Assembly (NCBI GenBank): GCA_965231915.1
Contig: OZ246892.1
Coordinates: 2,320,891-2,384,890, forward strand
DNA length: 64,000 nt
Direction of reading: 5' to 3'
DNA from: Acidimicrobiales bacterium
GTDB lineage: Bacteria; Actinomycetota; Acidimicrobiia; Acidimicrobiales; Bin134
Shown one piece after another: positions 49,509 through 59,707 of the stretch. The notes below the pieces were generated by a model. It had not been told where the DNA came from. It saw nothing but the letters and a program-made list of their open reading frames with translations, and made no database searches. The position numbers and the translations under genes were made by a program. Every line of letters starts with the position of its first letter. The first letter of the stretch is position 1.

Positions 49509-50464
49509 TGGCTGAACCCCTCAAGCCAGGCCACCATGTCGGCGCGCAGCTCTGGAGGTCCGAGAATCTCGGCATGCTCCAAAAACTCCAATACCAGCGA
49601 CCGGAAGGCGTCGGGGCTGCGGACTTCTACCTCGAAAACCGCAGAGCCATCGGATTCTCTATCGGAGGGCTCTTGTCCAAGACGCCGAGCCGCCCACACC
49701 GCCTGTTCGTGGTCAACTTTCAGCAGGGCGGTGACAGCCGGGCCGCTTCCAAACTTCCACGGTTGGATCGGGACCCAGCCCGCGGTGCCCTCTGGCTGCT
49801 GGAACCCCTCGGACGGCCCCAATGCGATTTCACCCTCGATCCGATCGACCCGAAAGGTGCGTTTGTCGTTGCGACCCCGGTCATGGCCCACGACGTACCA
49901 ATGGCCCTGATCGAAGGCCAGGGTCCACGGCTCCAACGCCCGCGTCTGCCCGCCGTACGCGAAGTCGGCTACCCGCTGCTCACTGACAGCTTGGAAGAGG
50001 TCGGCCAGAGCGGGATACACGGGGACCGCGGCCAGTTCGGCCTCCGTACCCTCCCCTACCCTGCCGCCCAGCTTCCACAGCGCCTCAGGTCCCGAGACCC
50101 CGTCGAAGCGGACCGCGGTGGCTGCGCGATGCAGGGCCGCCAGTTCGTCAGCTTCGAAATCCATCTCGGGGAGGGAATAATCCTGTTTGCGGATGCGGTA
50201 CCCCAGGGTCTCGCGCTCCTGGCCGGGCACCGGACCCGAGATAACCGGGATCTCGGCGTCAGCCAGTTCGTTCATGTCCCGGTGGAATGCTCGCTTGGCG
50301 GCTGCCTCGTTTTCTGGATAGCCGGCCGAGTCAGCCCCTCGGGAGATGCCTACCCGTTTGTGAAGCTCCTCAATGGAGAGGAAGCGAGGAGTGTCGATCA
50401 ACGCGGCGATTAGTCGAAGCAAGCGCTCCAATCTGACCTGCTCCGGCTTTCGCCTGGCCATCAC
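49505..50464 (-). CDS. pafB: WYL-domain transcriptional regulator PafB
   Basis: [26 protein letters not shown]...FRVDRI; follows pafA. Confidence 0.85.
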   Translation of the reverse strand: MMARRKPEQVRLERLLRLIAALIDTPRFLSIEELHKRVGISRGADSAGYPENEAAAKRAFHRDMNELADAEIPVISGPVPGQERETLGYRIRKQDYSLPEMDFEADELAALHRAATAVRFDGVSGPEALWKLGGRVGEGTEAELAAVPVYPALADLFQAVSEQRVADFAYGGQTRALEPWTLAFDQGHWYVVGHDRGRNDKRTFRVDRIEGEIALGPSEGFQQPEGTAGWVPIQPWKFGSGPAVTALLKVDHEQAVWAARRLGQEPSDRESDGSAVFEVEVRSPDAFRSLVLEFLEHAEILGPPELRADMVAWLEGFSQ

Positions 50465-51819
50465 AGGGATTCGATCAGCTTTTCCACCCGTTCGTCGTGG
50501 GCGCGGAACGGGTCTTTGCAGAGAACGGTCCGTTGAGCCTGGTCATTCAACTTCAGGTGGACCCAGTCAACCGTGTAGTCCCGTTTGCGCTCCTTGGCCC
50601 GGCGAATGAACTCTCCACGGAGTCGGGCACGAGTGGTAGCCGGCGGATTCTCCACCGCGTAGCTGATGTCGTCGTCCACGCACATTCGCTCGACGATGCC
50701 CCGTTTCTGCATTCGGTAGAACAGGCTGCGCGACCGATTCACATCGTGGTACTGGAGATCCAACAAGGCAACCCGGGCATCGCTCAACCTGAGATCGTGA
50801 CGTTCGCGATAGGTCTCGATCAGGTGGTACTTCATCACCCAGTCGCATTCACGGGATAGGCCAAGAGGATCTTCAGCAATTTGAGTCAAGCAATGCTCCC
50901 ACATCTGCAGAGCCTGCTTCTCCTGGGGTTCAAGATCGCGGCTTTCGGCGTACTTGAGCGCTCGATCGAGGTATTCGGACTGGATTTCCAGAGCACTGAC
51001 CTCCCGGCCACTGGCAAGACGTATGCGCCGAGTGCAGGTCGGGTCATGGCTGATCTCCCGGATGGCCCGAATAGGGTTGTCCAGGGTCATGTCCCGCAGC
51101 GCTACCGAGGGATCTTCCAGCATCCGCAGAAGAATGCTGGTCGCTCCCGTCTTCAAATAGGTGGCGTACTCGCTCATGTTCGAGTCGCCCACAATCACGT
51201 GCAAGCGCCGGTACCTCTCGGCGTCGGCATGGGGTTCGTCTCGAGTGTTGATAATAGGCCGCGACCGGGTTGTGGCGCTTGAGACCCCCTCCCAAATGTG
51301 CTCGGCCCTCTGGCTCATGCAGTAGGTAGCCCCTCGGGCGGTCTGGAGCACCTTGCCCGCCCCGGCATAAATCTGGCGGCTGACCAAAAACGGAATCAGC
51401 ACTTCGGCATACTCCGAAAAGTCGTCTCGTCGGCTGGTCAGGTAGTTCTCGTGGCAGCCGTAGCTGTTGCCGGCCGAATCCGTGTTGTTCTTGAACAGGT
51501 AGATGTCTCCTTGGATTCCCTCTTCCCGAAGCCGCTGCTCAGCGCTCTCGATGAGCGTCTCCAAGATGCGCTCGCCAGCCTTGTCGTGGGCCACGAGGTC
51601 ATAGACCGAGTCGCACTCCGGTGTGGCGTATTCAGGATGGGAGCCCACATCCAGGTAAAGCCGGGCACCATTGACCAAGAAAACATTGCTGCTGCGGCCC
51701 CAGGACACAACCCGGCGAAACAGGTAGCGGGCCACCTCATCAGGACTAAGCCGGCGGTGCCCCCGAAGCGCGCAGGTGACGCCATACTCGTTCTCGATCC
51801 CGAATATGCGCCGGTCCAT
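50461..51819 (-). CDS. pafA: Pup--protein ligase
   Basis: [50 protein letters not shown]. Confidence 0.97.
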   Translation of the reverse strand: MDRRIFGIENEYGVTCALRGHRRLSPDEVARYLFRRVVSWGRSSNVFLVNGARLYLDVGSHPEYATPECDSVYDLVAHDKAGERILETLIESAEQRLREEGIQGDIYLFKNNTDSAGNSYGCHENYLTSRRDDFSEYAEVLIPFLVSRQIYAGAGKVLQTARGATYCMSQRAEHIWEGVSSATTRSRPIINTRDEPHADAERYRRLHVIVGDSNMSEYATYLKTGATSILLRMLEDPSVALRDMTLDNPIRAIREISHDPTCTRRIRLASGREVSALEIQSEYLDRALKYAESRDLEPQEKQALQMWEHCLTQIAEDPLGLSRECDWVMKYHLIETYRERHDLRLSDARVALLDLQYHDVNRSRSLFYRMQKRGIVERMCVDDDISYAVENPPATTRARLRGEFIRRAKERKRDYTVDWVHLKLNDQAQRTVLCKDPFRAHDERVEKLIESL

Positions 51820-51853
51820 ATTTAGCCGTTCCCTATTCCGCGAGCTCGCTGGG

Positions 51854-52534
51854 TCATAAGCCCAACAATCCATTCAGCTCGTCGCCTTCGATTCTCTGGA
51901 ACGCCCTCCGCCCAGATTCCCGCACCATGATGGCAACCTCAAGATCATCGGCTTCGAACGTTCGCTCATCACCGGACAGTGCCGACGCCGCCGCTTGGAT
52001 GGCATCACCAACCGCCCAGTCGCGGTCATAGCCCTGGCCCAGCCGCTCGGCAATCGAGTCCGCCTCCCCTCCCAACACGGTGTACCCGGACTCGTCATTT
52101 ACGGTGCCGTCGTAGAGCACGTGGAACATCTGGTCCCTATCAGGCTCCGTTGCCACCTCGACCACCAAGATCTCCACTTCCATTGGCTTCATCTCATGGG
52201 TGAAAGTCTGGCCCAGGACTTGGGCGTACTGGTTGGCCAGGCTCCTGGCGTCCACATCGTCCCGGCTGTAGGTGTAGCCCTTGAGATCGGCGTGTCGCAC
52301 CCCGGCGATGCGAAGTTGGTCGAATTCGTTGTAGCGGCCCACGCCAGCAAAGGCGATGCGGTCGTAGATCTCGCTGACCTTGCGCAGAGTATTGGATCGA
52401 TTTTCCGCGCAGATCAAAATGCCGTCACGGATGCTGAGCGCGGTGAGAGCCCGCCCCCGGGCGATGCCCTTGCGGGCGAAGTCAGCACGGTCCTTCATCA
52501 GCTGTTCGGGTGCAACGTAGAAGGGCATAGTCAC
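51854..52534 (-). CDS. prcA: 20S proteasome alpha subunit
   Basis: [36 protein letters not shown]. Confidence 0.96.
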   Translation of the reverse strand: MTMPFYVAPEQLMKDRADFARKGIARGRALTALSIRDGILICAENRSNTLRKVSEIYDRIAFAGVGRYNEFDQLRIAGVRHADLKGYTYSRDDVDARSLANQYAQVLGQTFTHEMKPMEVEILVVEVATEPDRDQMFHVLYDGTVNDESGYTVLGGEADSIAERLGQGYDRDWAVGDAIQAAASALSGDERTFEADDLEVAIMVRESGRRAFQRIEGDELNGLLGL

Positions 52535-53331
52535 TCTGAATCACCTCCCCGGTTCTCCAAGCTGGCCAGAAGATCGCGAAACCGGGCTTCCACGTTGCTG
52601 TCGGCCACTCGCTCGAATCCTTCGGCACCGATAACCGCCACCACTGGATAGATTCCCCGAACCAAATCTGGCCCGCCGGTGGCTGAGTCTTCCTCTGCGG
52701 TGCGGAAAAGGGCTGACACCGCAAGTTCGATCATCTCGTCAGCGTCCGCGTCGGATCGGTAGCCCAACTTGATCACCGTTCCCGCGTGCAGGCTCCCCGA
52801 GCCCCCCACCGCATACTCCCGCTCCTCATAGCGGCCCCCCGTTACGTCGTATTGGAAGAGGCGACCGACGTCGCGCGCGGTGTCGTAACCCGCGAAGAGC
52901 GGGACCACTGCAAAGCCCTGCATTGCCGCCGGCAAGTTGTTCCGCACCATCATGCCGAGCTGATTGGCCTTGCCGTCCAAGCTGAGGGCCTTGCCTTCCA
53001 CCTTCTCGTAGTGCTCAAGCTGCAACTGAAACAGCCGTACCATCTCCATGGCCGGCCCAGCGGCCCCGGCAATGGCCACACCGGAGTGTTGATCTGCGGG
53101 AAAGACCTTCTCAATTGTCCGATGGCTGATCAGGTGTCCGGCTGTCGCCCGACGATCCCCCGCCATGACAACCCCTTGGCGGCAGCGAATGGCAACCACG
53201 GTGGTGGCATGGGAAATGGCCAATTCAGCAGCCGGGGCGTCGGGTACGGGCGGTGTCAGCCCGGTGGAGCGTAATAACTCCGCAAAGTTGGGGCCCGGGT
53301 CGCCCCCGGCTTCAAAAAGGGGCAACGTCAC
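52531..53331 (-). CDS. prcB: 20S proteasome beta subunit
   Basis: Propeptide then HA|TTVVA, AGDRRAT, GSGS, DSATGG. Start is GTG 53331 or 53358. Confidence 0.95.
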   Translation of the reverse strand: MTLPLFEAGGDPGPNFAELLRSTGLTPPVPDAPAAELAISHATTVVAIRCRQGVVMAGDRRATAGHLISHRTIEKVFPADQHSGVAIAGAAGPAMEMVRLFQLQLEHYEKVEGKALSLDGKANQLGMMVRNNLPAAMQGFAVVPLFAGYDTARDVGRLFQYDVTGGRYEEREYAVGGSGSLHAGTVIKLGYRSDADADEMIELAVSALFRTAEEDSATGGPDLVRGIYPVVAVIGAEGFERVADSNVEARFRDLLASLENRGGDSE

Positions 53332-53347
53332 AGCTAGCAGACTACCG

Positions 53348-53542
53348 CTACTGTCCACCCTTTTGGATATACGACTTCACGAAGTCCTCGGCGTTGGACT
53401 CCAGCACCTCGTCTATTTCATCCAGCAGTTCGTCGAGCTCGGCCTTCAGCTCCTCGCCTTGATCCGAAGTCGCAGGGGCGTCTTCGACTTCAGACTGCTC
53501 CCGTTGAGGCGCTGGTTTCTTGATCTGCTCTCTCTCTGCCAT
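53348..53542 (-). CDS. pup: Prokaryotic ubiquitin-like protein Pup
   Basis: LDELLDEIDEVLESNAEDFVKSYIQKGGQ. Confidence 0.97.
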   Translation of the reverse strand: MAEREQIKKPAPQREQSEVEDAPATSDQGEELKAELDELLDEIDEVLESNAEDFVKSYIQKGGQ

Positions 53543-53621
53543 TTCATTCCCCTCGTGCCCGAGTGCGTGACGATCACGATATCGCGCCGACCCCGAAACA
53601 AGTGCAAATTCTACGTTCGTC

Positions 53622-55145
53622 TCAGCGAGAGCTCGGCTCTCGCAAGCGGGTAAGGAGCTCCGCGGCGGTGTCGCAATCGGCCAGTAGTCGCTCGACGTGG
53701 TCGACCGTCCCCCGGGTTGGCTCCATCATGGGAACCCGGCGCAGCGGTTCATCACCCACGTCGAACACGATCGAGTCCCAATTGGCGGCCACGATGTTGG
53801 AAGCCCACCGTTTGAGACACTGGCCCCGGAAGTACGCACGAGTGTCAGTCGGCGGCTCGGAAATGGCCGATCGGGCTTCCTCGTCCGAGATCAGAGTTTC
53901 AAGCCCCGCCCGAGCAGCCACTGATCGGTCGGGCCGCAAGTCGTGGTATTGAAGGTCGAGAGCGGCCAGCCGGGCATCGTCAGACCGCAGCCCGTGGCGT
54001 TGGGACAGGCCTTGGATCAAACGGTACTTGGCCACCCAGTCGAGTTGGCGGGCCATGGTCATCGGATCGGCCTCCAGGCCAGTCAGAACCCGCTCCCACC
54101 GGTCGAGCACCATCTCGCCAACCGAACCTCCCACTGCATCAAGCCCGTGGCTGTCGGCGTACTTGCGGGCCTGGTCCAAAAAGTCCCATTGAACCTCCAA
54201 AGCGGTGGCAGACGTTCCGTCAGCGAACTCCAGAGGCGTTGACAGGCTCAGGTCGTAGGACACCTGACGCATGGCCTGCACCGGGGTTCGAAAGCGGAAT
54301 TCTCGTGGCAAGACGTTGTCCTCGACCATGGCCAAGACGATGGCCGTCGTTCCCGTTTTGAGGAAGGTGGCCACTTCTGACATGTTGGCGTCGCCCGTTA
54401 TCACGTGAAGGCGTCGGTAGTGCCGGGCATCGGCATGAGGCTCGTCGCGGGTGTTGATGATGGGTCGCTTGAGCGTGGTCTCCAGGCCCACCTCCTCCTC
54501 AAAGAAATCGGCCCGCTGGGTGATCTGGAACGGCACCTCCGCGGTGGTCAGTCCCGGCGCCTCGGAACCGACTTTGCCCGCGCCCGTGAAGATCTGGCGC
54601 GTCACCAGGTGGGCAGTGGCATGGACCACGATCTGGAAAAAGGGGGTGGCGCGGGCCATGAGATAGTTCTCATGACAGCCGTAGCTGTTGCCCTTGCCAT
54701 CGGAGTTGTTCTTGTACACCACCAATTCCTGGCCCAAAGGCAGCACTTGGGAGGCCGCCTGCATTGAGCGGATCAAGATCAGTTCCGCAGCCTTGTCATA
54801 CCGGGTCACATCCAGGGCATTGCTGCATTCTGGGGAGGACATCTCGGGATGGGCATGGTCCACGTAGTAGCGAGCGCCGTTGGTGAGCACTGCGTTCACC
54901 AGATGAGTCTCGATCTCGGGAGCCAGCGACCCCAGGGGGGCAATGCCTCGAATGTCGTTGCCGGGCATCTCGTCCTCGAAATCCCAGGTCACTCCGGTCG
55001 CCGGCCCGCCCTCCCCGGTGCGCTCCACTTCCGACAGATAGGAGTTGATCAGCAGCGAAGAGGCCGAGATGGGGTTGGCGTCTTCGGTGCCGGTATGCGC
55101 GATCCCGAACTCGGTCTCGATGCCGCAGATCTTGGGAACCGCCAT
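53622..55145 (-). CDS. dop: Depupylase/deamidase Dop
   Basis: GIETEFG, LTNGARYYVDHAHPE, QRADFFE, AANWDS. ATG at 55145. Confidence 0.96.
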   Translation of the reverse strand: MAVPKICGIETEFGIAHTGTEDANPISASSLLINSYLSEVERTGEGGPATGVTWDFEDEMPGNDIRGIAPLGSLAPEIETHLVNAVLTNGARYYVDHAHPEMSSPECSNALDVTRYDKAAELILIRSMQAASQVLPLGQELVVYKNNSDGKGNSYGCHENYLMARATPFFQIVVHATAHLVTRQIFTGAGKVGSEAPGLTTAEVPFQITQRADFFEEEVGLETTLKRPIINTRDEPHADARHYRRLHVITGDANMSEVATFLKTGTTAIVLAMVEDNVLPREFRFRTPVQAMRQVSYDLSLSTPLEFADGTSATALEVQWDFLDQARKYADSHGLDAVGGSVGEMVLDRWERVLTGLEADPMTMARQLDWVAKYRLIQGLSQRHGLRSDDARLAALDLQYHDLRPDRSVAARAGLETLISDEEARSAISEPPTDTRAYFRGQCLKRWASNIVAANWDSIVFDVGDEPLRRVPMMEPTRGTVDHVERLLADCDTAAELLTRLREPSSR

Positions 55146-55193
55146 GCTCGGCACGCTAGTTGACTTGGGCGGCAAGTCTGGCGGTAATCGAGG

Positions 55194-56951
55194 TCAGAGA
55201 TATTGGCCGGGGCCGATGGCCTCGATGGAACGGCCGCCTTGGCTCGTCTCCTCGTTGGACAGGAGGGTTCGGACAAAAACGATGCGCTCCCCCTTCTTGC
55301 CTGAGATCTTGGCCCAGTCGTCGGGGTTCGTGGTGTTGGGCAGATCCTCGTGCTCTCGGTACTCCTGGTGTACTGAATCCAACAGGTCGTTGACATGTAT
55401 GCCCGGGGCCCCTCCAGCCAGAAGGCGCTTGATGGCCAGTTTTTTGGCCCGCCGAACAACGTTTTCGATCATGGCCCCAGAGGCGAAGTCCTTGAAGTAC
55501 ATGATCTCTTTGTCACCGTTCTGATAGGTGACCTCCAAGAACTGGTTGCGCTCTTCCTCCAAGAACATCTCGGTCACCGTCTGCTCGACCATGGCTTGGA
55601 TCGCCTTGTCCGGATCACCTCCGCCCAGCCCTTCCACCATCTCCGCGGCAATGGGCAGATCGGAGGTGAGATAGCGGGAGAAGATGGCGCAGGCCGCATC
55701 GGCGTCGGGACGCTGGATCTTGATCTTCACATCTAGGCGTCCAGGTCTGAGTATGGCCGGGTCGATGAGATCCTCGCGGTTCGAAGCCCCGATCACGATT
55801 ACATTGCGCAGCGCCTCCACACCGTCGATCTCGGCGAGGAGCTGGGGGACGACGGTGGATTCCATGTCTGAGCTGATCCCAGTTCCCCGAGTGCGGAAGA
55901 GCGACTCCATCTCATCGAAGAACACGATTACCGGCCATCCCTCAGCCGACTTCTCCCGGGCTCGCTGGAAAACCAATCGAATTTGGCGCTCGGTCTCTCC
56001 CACATACTTGTTCAGCAGCTCTGGGCCCTTGATGTTCAAAAAGTACGACCGCGCCTCCCGGTCGGAACTCATGTCAGCCACCTTGCTGGCCAAGGAGTTC
56101 GCCACTGCCTTTGCGATCAGGGTCTTGCCGCAGCCCGGCGGTCCGTACAACAAGATGCCCTTGGGGGCGGGCAACTGGTACTCGGCGAACAGGTCGTGAT
56201 GTACGAAGGGAAGCTCGACCGCGTCGGTTATCTGCTCGATCTGCTCGTCTAATCCACCGACCTGGTCGTAGGTGATATCGGGCACCTCCTCAAGCACAAG
56301 ATCTTCCACCTCGGGGCGGGGCAGGCGCTCGACCAGCAGCCCCGAGCGAGAGTCCATAAGGACGGTGTCTCCGCTCTTCAGAGGCTGGTCGATCAGCTCG
56401 GTGGCTAGTTCTACCACCCGCTCTTCGTCTGCTCGGCCGACTATGAGAGCCCGCACACCGCCTTCCAACACCTCTTTGACCGTCACCACCTCGCCGGTTC
56501 CATCGCCCACCCGGGACAACACGACGTTCAGAGATTCATTCAGCACGACCTCTTGTCCCCGGTTCAACTCCTCTGACTCGATCTCGGGATGAAGTGCAAC
56601 CCGCATCTTGCGGCCCCCGGAGAAAACATCCACGGTTCCGTCGTCATTCCGGCCCAAGAGTGTCCCGTAGGCCGACGGCGGTTGGGTCAGCTTGTCCACC
56701 TCGTCGCGCAGTGCGGAGATGTGTTCACGGGCCTCGCGCAGGGTGTAGGTGAGCTTTTCGTTCTGAGAAACCGCCTTGGCCAACTGCCCCTTGGTCTCCA
56801 ACAGCCGTTCTTCCAGAGTCCGAACCCGCTTGGGGGCGTCTTGGAGCCGCTGGCGGAGCACGGCCACCTCTTCTTCCAGCGCCTTCGCTAGTTCCGCCGG
56901 AGAAATTTCCTCCTGCGGGCTGTCCGATTCCGCCCCGTCGCCGTCTGCCAT
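55194..56951 (-). CDS. arc: Proteasome AAA ATPase ARC/Mpa
   Basis: Coiled coil, [29 protein letters not shown]-terminal GQYL. Confidence 0.97.
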   Translation of the reverse strand: MADGDGAESDSPQEEISPAELAKALEEEVAVLRQRLQDAPKRVRTLEERLLETKGQLAKAVSQNEKLTYTLREAREHISALRDEVDKLTQPPSAYGTLLGRNDDGTVDVFSGGRKMRVALHPEIESEELNRGQEVVLNESLNVVLSRVGDGTGEVVTVKEVLEGGVRALIVGRADEERVVELATELIDQPLKSGDTVLMDSRSGLLVERLPRPEVEDLVLEEVPDITYDQVGGLDEQIEQITDAVELPFVHHDLFAEYQLPAPKGILLYGPPGCGKTLIAKAVANSLASKVADMSSDREARSYFLNIKGPELLNKYVGETERQIRLVFQRAREKSAEGWPVIVFFDEMESLFRTRGTGISSDMESTVVPQLLAEIDGVEALRNVIVIGASNREDLIDPAILRPGRLDVKIKIQRPDADAACAIFSRYLTSDLPIAAEMVEGLGGGDPDKAIQAMVEQTVTEMFLEEERNQFLEVTYQNGDKEIMYFKDFASGAMIENVVRRAKKLAIKRLLAGGAPGIHVNDLLDSVHQEYREHEDLPNTTNPDDWAKISGKKGERIVFVRTLLSNEETSQGGRSIEAIGPGQYL

Positions 56952-57141
56952 ACCAACTCGACTTTACACGTCACAGATGGGTTTGCCGTCGCCAGATGTT
57001 CGCCGGGGGGAAACTCACTTCAGCCAATTTCGGCTGGTTGGATGAGATCCACCCTAGGACGGTTACACTGTAGGTACCGCCAGCGTCTACCATGCTTGCC
57101 GTCCGCTGGCTGTCATGAAAGGGGCCACAGCACCGATGCAA

Positions 57142-57375
57142 ATGAAGGTCTGGATCGATCAAGATCTCTGCACTGGTGACGGTCTCTGTGAAGAGATCGC
57201 TCCCGATGTCTTCACTCTGCTCGACGATGGTCTGGCCTACGTGAAAGAGGGCGACAAGGTATTTGCTGAGCCTGGTGGAGTCGAAGGACTGGCCATCGTG
57301 CCCGAAGGGCAAGAAGAGGCAACCATCGAATCGGCTGAAGAATGCCCTGGCGAGTGCATCTTCATAGAGGTCTGA
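57142..57375 (+). CDS. Ferredoxin (single cluster, CxxDxxC...CP)
   Basis: KVWIDQDLCTGDGLCEEIAP...AEECPGECI. Confidence 0.9.
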   Translation: MKVWIDQDLCTGDGLCEEIAPDVFTLLDDGLAYVKEGDKVFAEPGGVEGLAIVPEGQEEATIESAEECPGECIFIEV

Positions 57376-57397
57376 TCCGAGCTCCCAAACTCTCCAA

Positions 57398-58171
57398 CTA
57401 GTCGGCGAGTCTTCTCGCGGCAGTAATGAATCCGGTGTGGCCCACCATTCGATGCTCAGGTCTCACCGCGTCGCCTTGGATATACCATCCCCGATGAAGA
57501 ACCTCCACGGTCGATGCCGAGGCCCACGCTCCCGACTCGCAGGCTTTACGCAGCTGCACCGCCTGCACGATGCTCGGGGTGTAAGCCACTAAAATTCCGC
57601 CGGGTCGCAACGAGTCGCTCGCGTGGGGCACTACCTGCCAGGGTTCGGGCAAATCCAGCACAACCCTGTCCAATCCCTTTGCATCAATGCCCTGGTAGCA
57701 GTCTCTGACCTCTACCTGAAACCGTTCGACAACTTCAGAGCCAAGGAAACCCGTCACGTTCTCGACTGCCTGCTGGGCGAAGTCCTCTCTGATCTCATAT
57801 CCCAAGACCTCTGCCCCTGCTCTCAGCAGGCTCAGCGACAACGCCCCTGATCCCACCCCTGACTCCAATACCCGAGCGCCGGCAAATACGTCGGCTTGCA
57901 ACAAGATGGCCGCACTGTCTTTGGGGTACACCACCTGTGCTCCCCGGGGCATCTTCAGCACATAGTCGGAGAGGGTGGGGCGCCAGACGGTCAGTTCGGC
58001 ATTGCGGTTCGTCCGCACTTGCACTCCCTCGTTGCTGCCGATCAATGCGTCGTGGTTCACCGATCCCGCGTGGGTGTGGAATTCGCGACCCTCTTCCAGC
58101 GCGACCAGATAGCGTCGGCCTTTTCGATCGGTTAGCAAGACCAGTTCGCCGGCTTGAAGCAGCTGGCTCAC
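57398..58171 (-). CDS. trmI: tRNA (adenine58-N1)-methyltransferase
   Basis: MPRGAQVVYPKD, LESGVGSGAL, LDLPEPW, RPEHRMVGHTGF. Confidence 0.94.
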   Translation of the reverse strand: MSQLLQAGELVLLTDRKGRRYLVALEEGREFHTHAGSVNHDALIGSNEGVQVRTNRNAELTVWRPTLSDYVLKMPRGAQVVYPKDSAAILLQADVFAGARVLESGVGSGALSLSLLRAGAEVLGYEIREDFAQQAVENVTGFLGSEVVERFQVEVRDCYQGIDAKGLDRVVLDLPEPWQVVPHASDSLRPGGILVAYTPSIVQAVQLRKACESGAWASASTVEVLHRGWYIQGDAVRPEHRMVGHTGFITAARRLAD

Positions 58172-58380
58172 TGTGATTCGTCGGACAAATGCGTGATGAC
58201 CAGGCGCTCACCTGGTTGCAGTTCCTCACTCAGCACCGTTCGCAGACGCCGGGTGTTAGCAAACCGGTTCAAGAGGCGAATCCCCCAGGCGATGGTCCCC
58301 AATAGGAGCCACCCACGACTCCCGCCTACTAGGCCACGGACAATGGCCTGACGACGCAGATACCCAAGGGGACCGGGCAT
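58168..58380 (-). CDS. Small membrane-associated hypothetical protein
   Basis: RGLVGGSRGW + TM + LQPGERLVI; overlaps the trmI start. Confidence 0.6.
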   Translation of the reverse strand: MPGPLGYLRRQAIVRGLVGGSRGWLLLGTIAWGIRLLNRFANTRRLRTVLSEELQPGERLVITHLSDESQ

Positions 58381-58393
58381 GTTCCGAATCCGA

Positions 58394-58615
58394 TCAGACC
58401 CTTCGGACTTCGACCACGGTCCGGCTCGCCCGGCCGCGCCGTCGTCCCAGCCAAAAGGCCACCACCGCCAGCGCCCCGATTGCCACTATGCCCGCGCCCA
58501 GCATTGGAGTGCGAGCTGCGTCAGCCGTCTGACCCAAGTCGCCCTTCAGCTCCTGGAACTTGTCTCTAATGTCGTCCCGGCTGATGACTTCGTGGTTCAT
58601 ATAGACGTCGCTCAC
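58394..58615 (-). CDS. Small tail-anchored protein (DUF3618/ElaB-like)
   Basis: Amphipathic N region, C-terminal TM, then LGRRRGR. Confidence 0.6.
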   Translation of the reverse strand: MSDVYMNHEVISRDDIRDKFQELKGDLGQTADAARTPMLGAGIVAIGALAVVAFWLGRRRGRASRTVVEVRRV

Positions 58616-58983
58616 GGACTGTCTCCTTTCGATAGCCGAGCCCTGATGAGCACTGCGGCCCCTAGAACCACCACCACTCCGGCGAGCACTACTACATAGG
58701 GCAGGGCGCTCATATTTCCGTCGAACACTCCGGAGGCCTCAGTTTGGAGCAGGCGCAAACCGGCAATTGCCAAGAAGACAAAACCCACACCGATGCTTAA
58801 CCCGCCGAGAATGCCGAACTTCAGCGTTTTTCCCAGTTTTGTCAGCGGCGCCAAGATCTCTTGGCGGGCATAGCCGGTCAGGAGGTCCTTTAGTTCTTCC
58901 GCGAACTTCTTGGGCGAACTGGGCTTTTTTTTGGCGGCTTTTGAACGCTTCGGCAATTGTCCTCCTGCGAGTCTCTTCAGCAA
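58612..58983 (-). CDS. Two-TM membrane protein (Phage_holin_3_6/YqjE-like)
   Basis: YARQE..PL..LGK, two TM helices; paired with the DUF3618-like gene. Confidence 0.6.
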   Translation of the reverse strand: MLKRLAGGQLPKRSKAAKKKPSSPKKFAEELKDLLTGYARQEILAPLTKLGKTLKFGILGGLSIGVGFVFLAIAGLRLLQTEASGVFDGNMSALPYVVVLAGVVVVLGAAVLIRARLSKGDSP

Positions 58984-59010
58984 TCAGCCAGCCTACCCCG
59001 GCGGTCTCCC

Positions 59011-59649
59011 CTACCCCATCTCGATTCTGGCCCGGATGAGCTCTTCAGCCTCGGTGAGGAGTTGAGCCAATAGATCTAACCGCTGCGCGGAGTTGTCCAC
59101 AGTCAAGAGTTGCTGACGATCCATGGGCCCCAAAGGAGACAAGGCGGCAAGCTGCCAGACTGCGGTAGAGGCATCCTCGGACAACTCAAATTCCGCGGGG
59201 AGTCCGGGAGCCCCCAACTCGGACTGCAATGCCAGAACCCGGCGCCAGGCAGACACAACCGGAGGCAGCCGGGCGCTGATGCCACCACCCTCGTGGTGGC
59301 GCAACTCCCCATCGGGCCAGTCTTGGACCTCAGCTCGGGGATAAGGGTCATCCTCCAGCCATCGACAAACCTGAATCCGGCGGGTGCCGCTGGCAACGAG
59401 GCCCCATCTCCCATCGGGAAACTCCTGAGCCTCGATGATTCTGGCCACCGTTCCAGCATTGGTGCGGACGTCGCCTCCGCCCACCTCACTCCCCCGCTCG
59501 ATCAACACGATCCCGAACTCGCGATCGCCGTCCAAGCACTCCTTTGTCATCTGCCGGTAACGAGGTTCGAATACATGGATGGGCACCATCATCGCGGGCA
59601 ACAACACCATGCCCAATGGAAACATTGGCAGGGTCGACACGTCTTTCAT
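59011..59649 (-). CDS. Stand-alone LON peptidase substrate-binding domain protein
   Basis: LPMFPLG.VLLP, IHVFEPRY, FGIVLIERGSEVGGG, DRQQLL. ATG at 59649. Confidence 0.88.
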   Translation of the reverse strand: MKDVSTLPMFPLGMVLLPAMMVPIHVFEPRYRQMTKECLDGDREFGIVLIERGSEVGGGDVRTNAGTVARIIEAQEFPDGRWGLVASGTRRIQVCRWLEDDPYPRAEVQDWPDGELRHHEGGGISARLPPVVSAWRRVLALQSELGAPGLPAEFELSEDASTAVWQLAALSPLGPMDRQQLLTVDNSAQRLDLLAQLLTEAEELIRARIEMG

Positions 59650-59707
59650 CTCGGAAGCACTGACAAGGTCGACGCGTATTTCAAGATTGACTTCCCGATT
59701 GAGGCCT

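Noticed and set aside
48552-50464. WYL proteins as an anti-phage defence system
   Set aside because: Position after pafA and sequence motifs identify them as PafB/PafC, the known DNA-damage regulators.
57142-57375. Ferredoxin inserted between trmI and arc as a novelty
   Set aside because: I recall a similar arrangement in other actinobacteria such as Streptomyces, and CxxDxxC ferredoxins are known.
58612-58983. Holin-like gene as evidence of a prophage
   Set aside because: This two-TM family paired with a DUF3618-like gene is a common chromosomal module, and no phage genes lie nearby.
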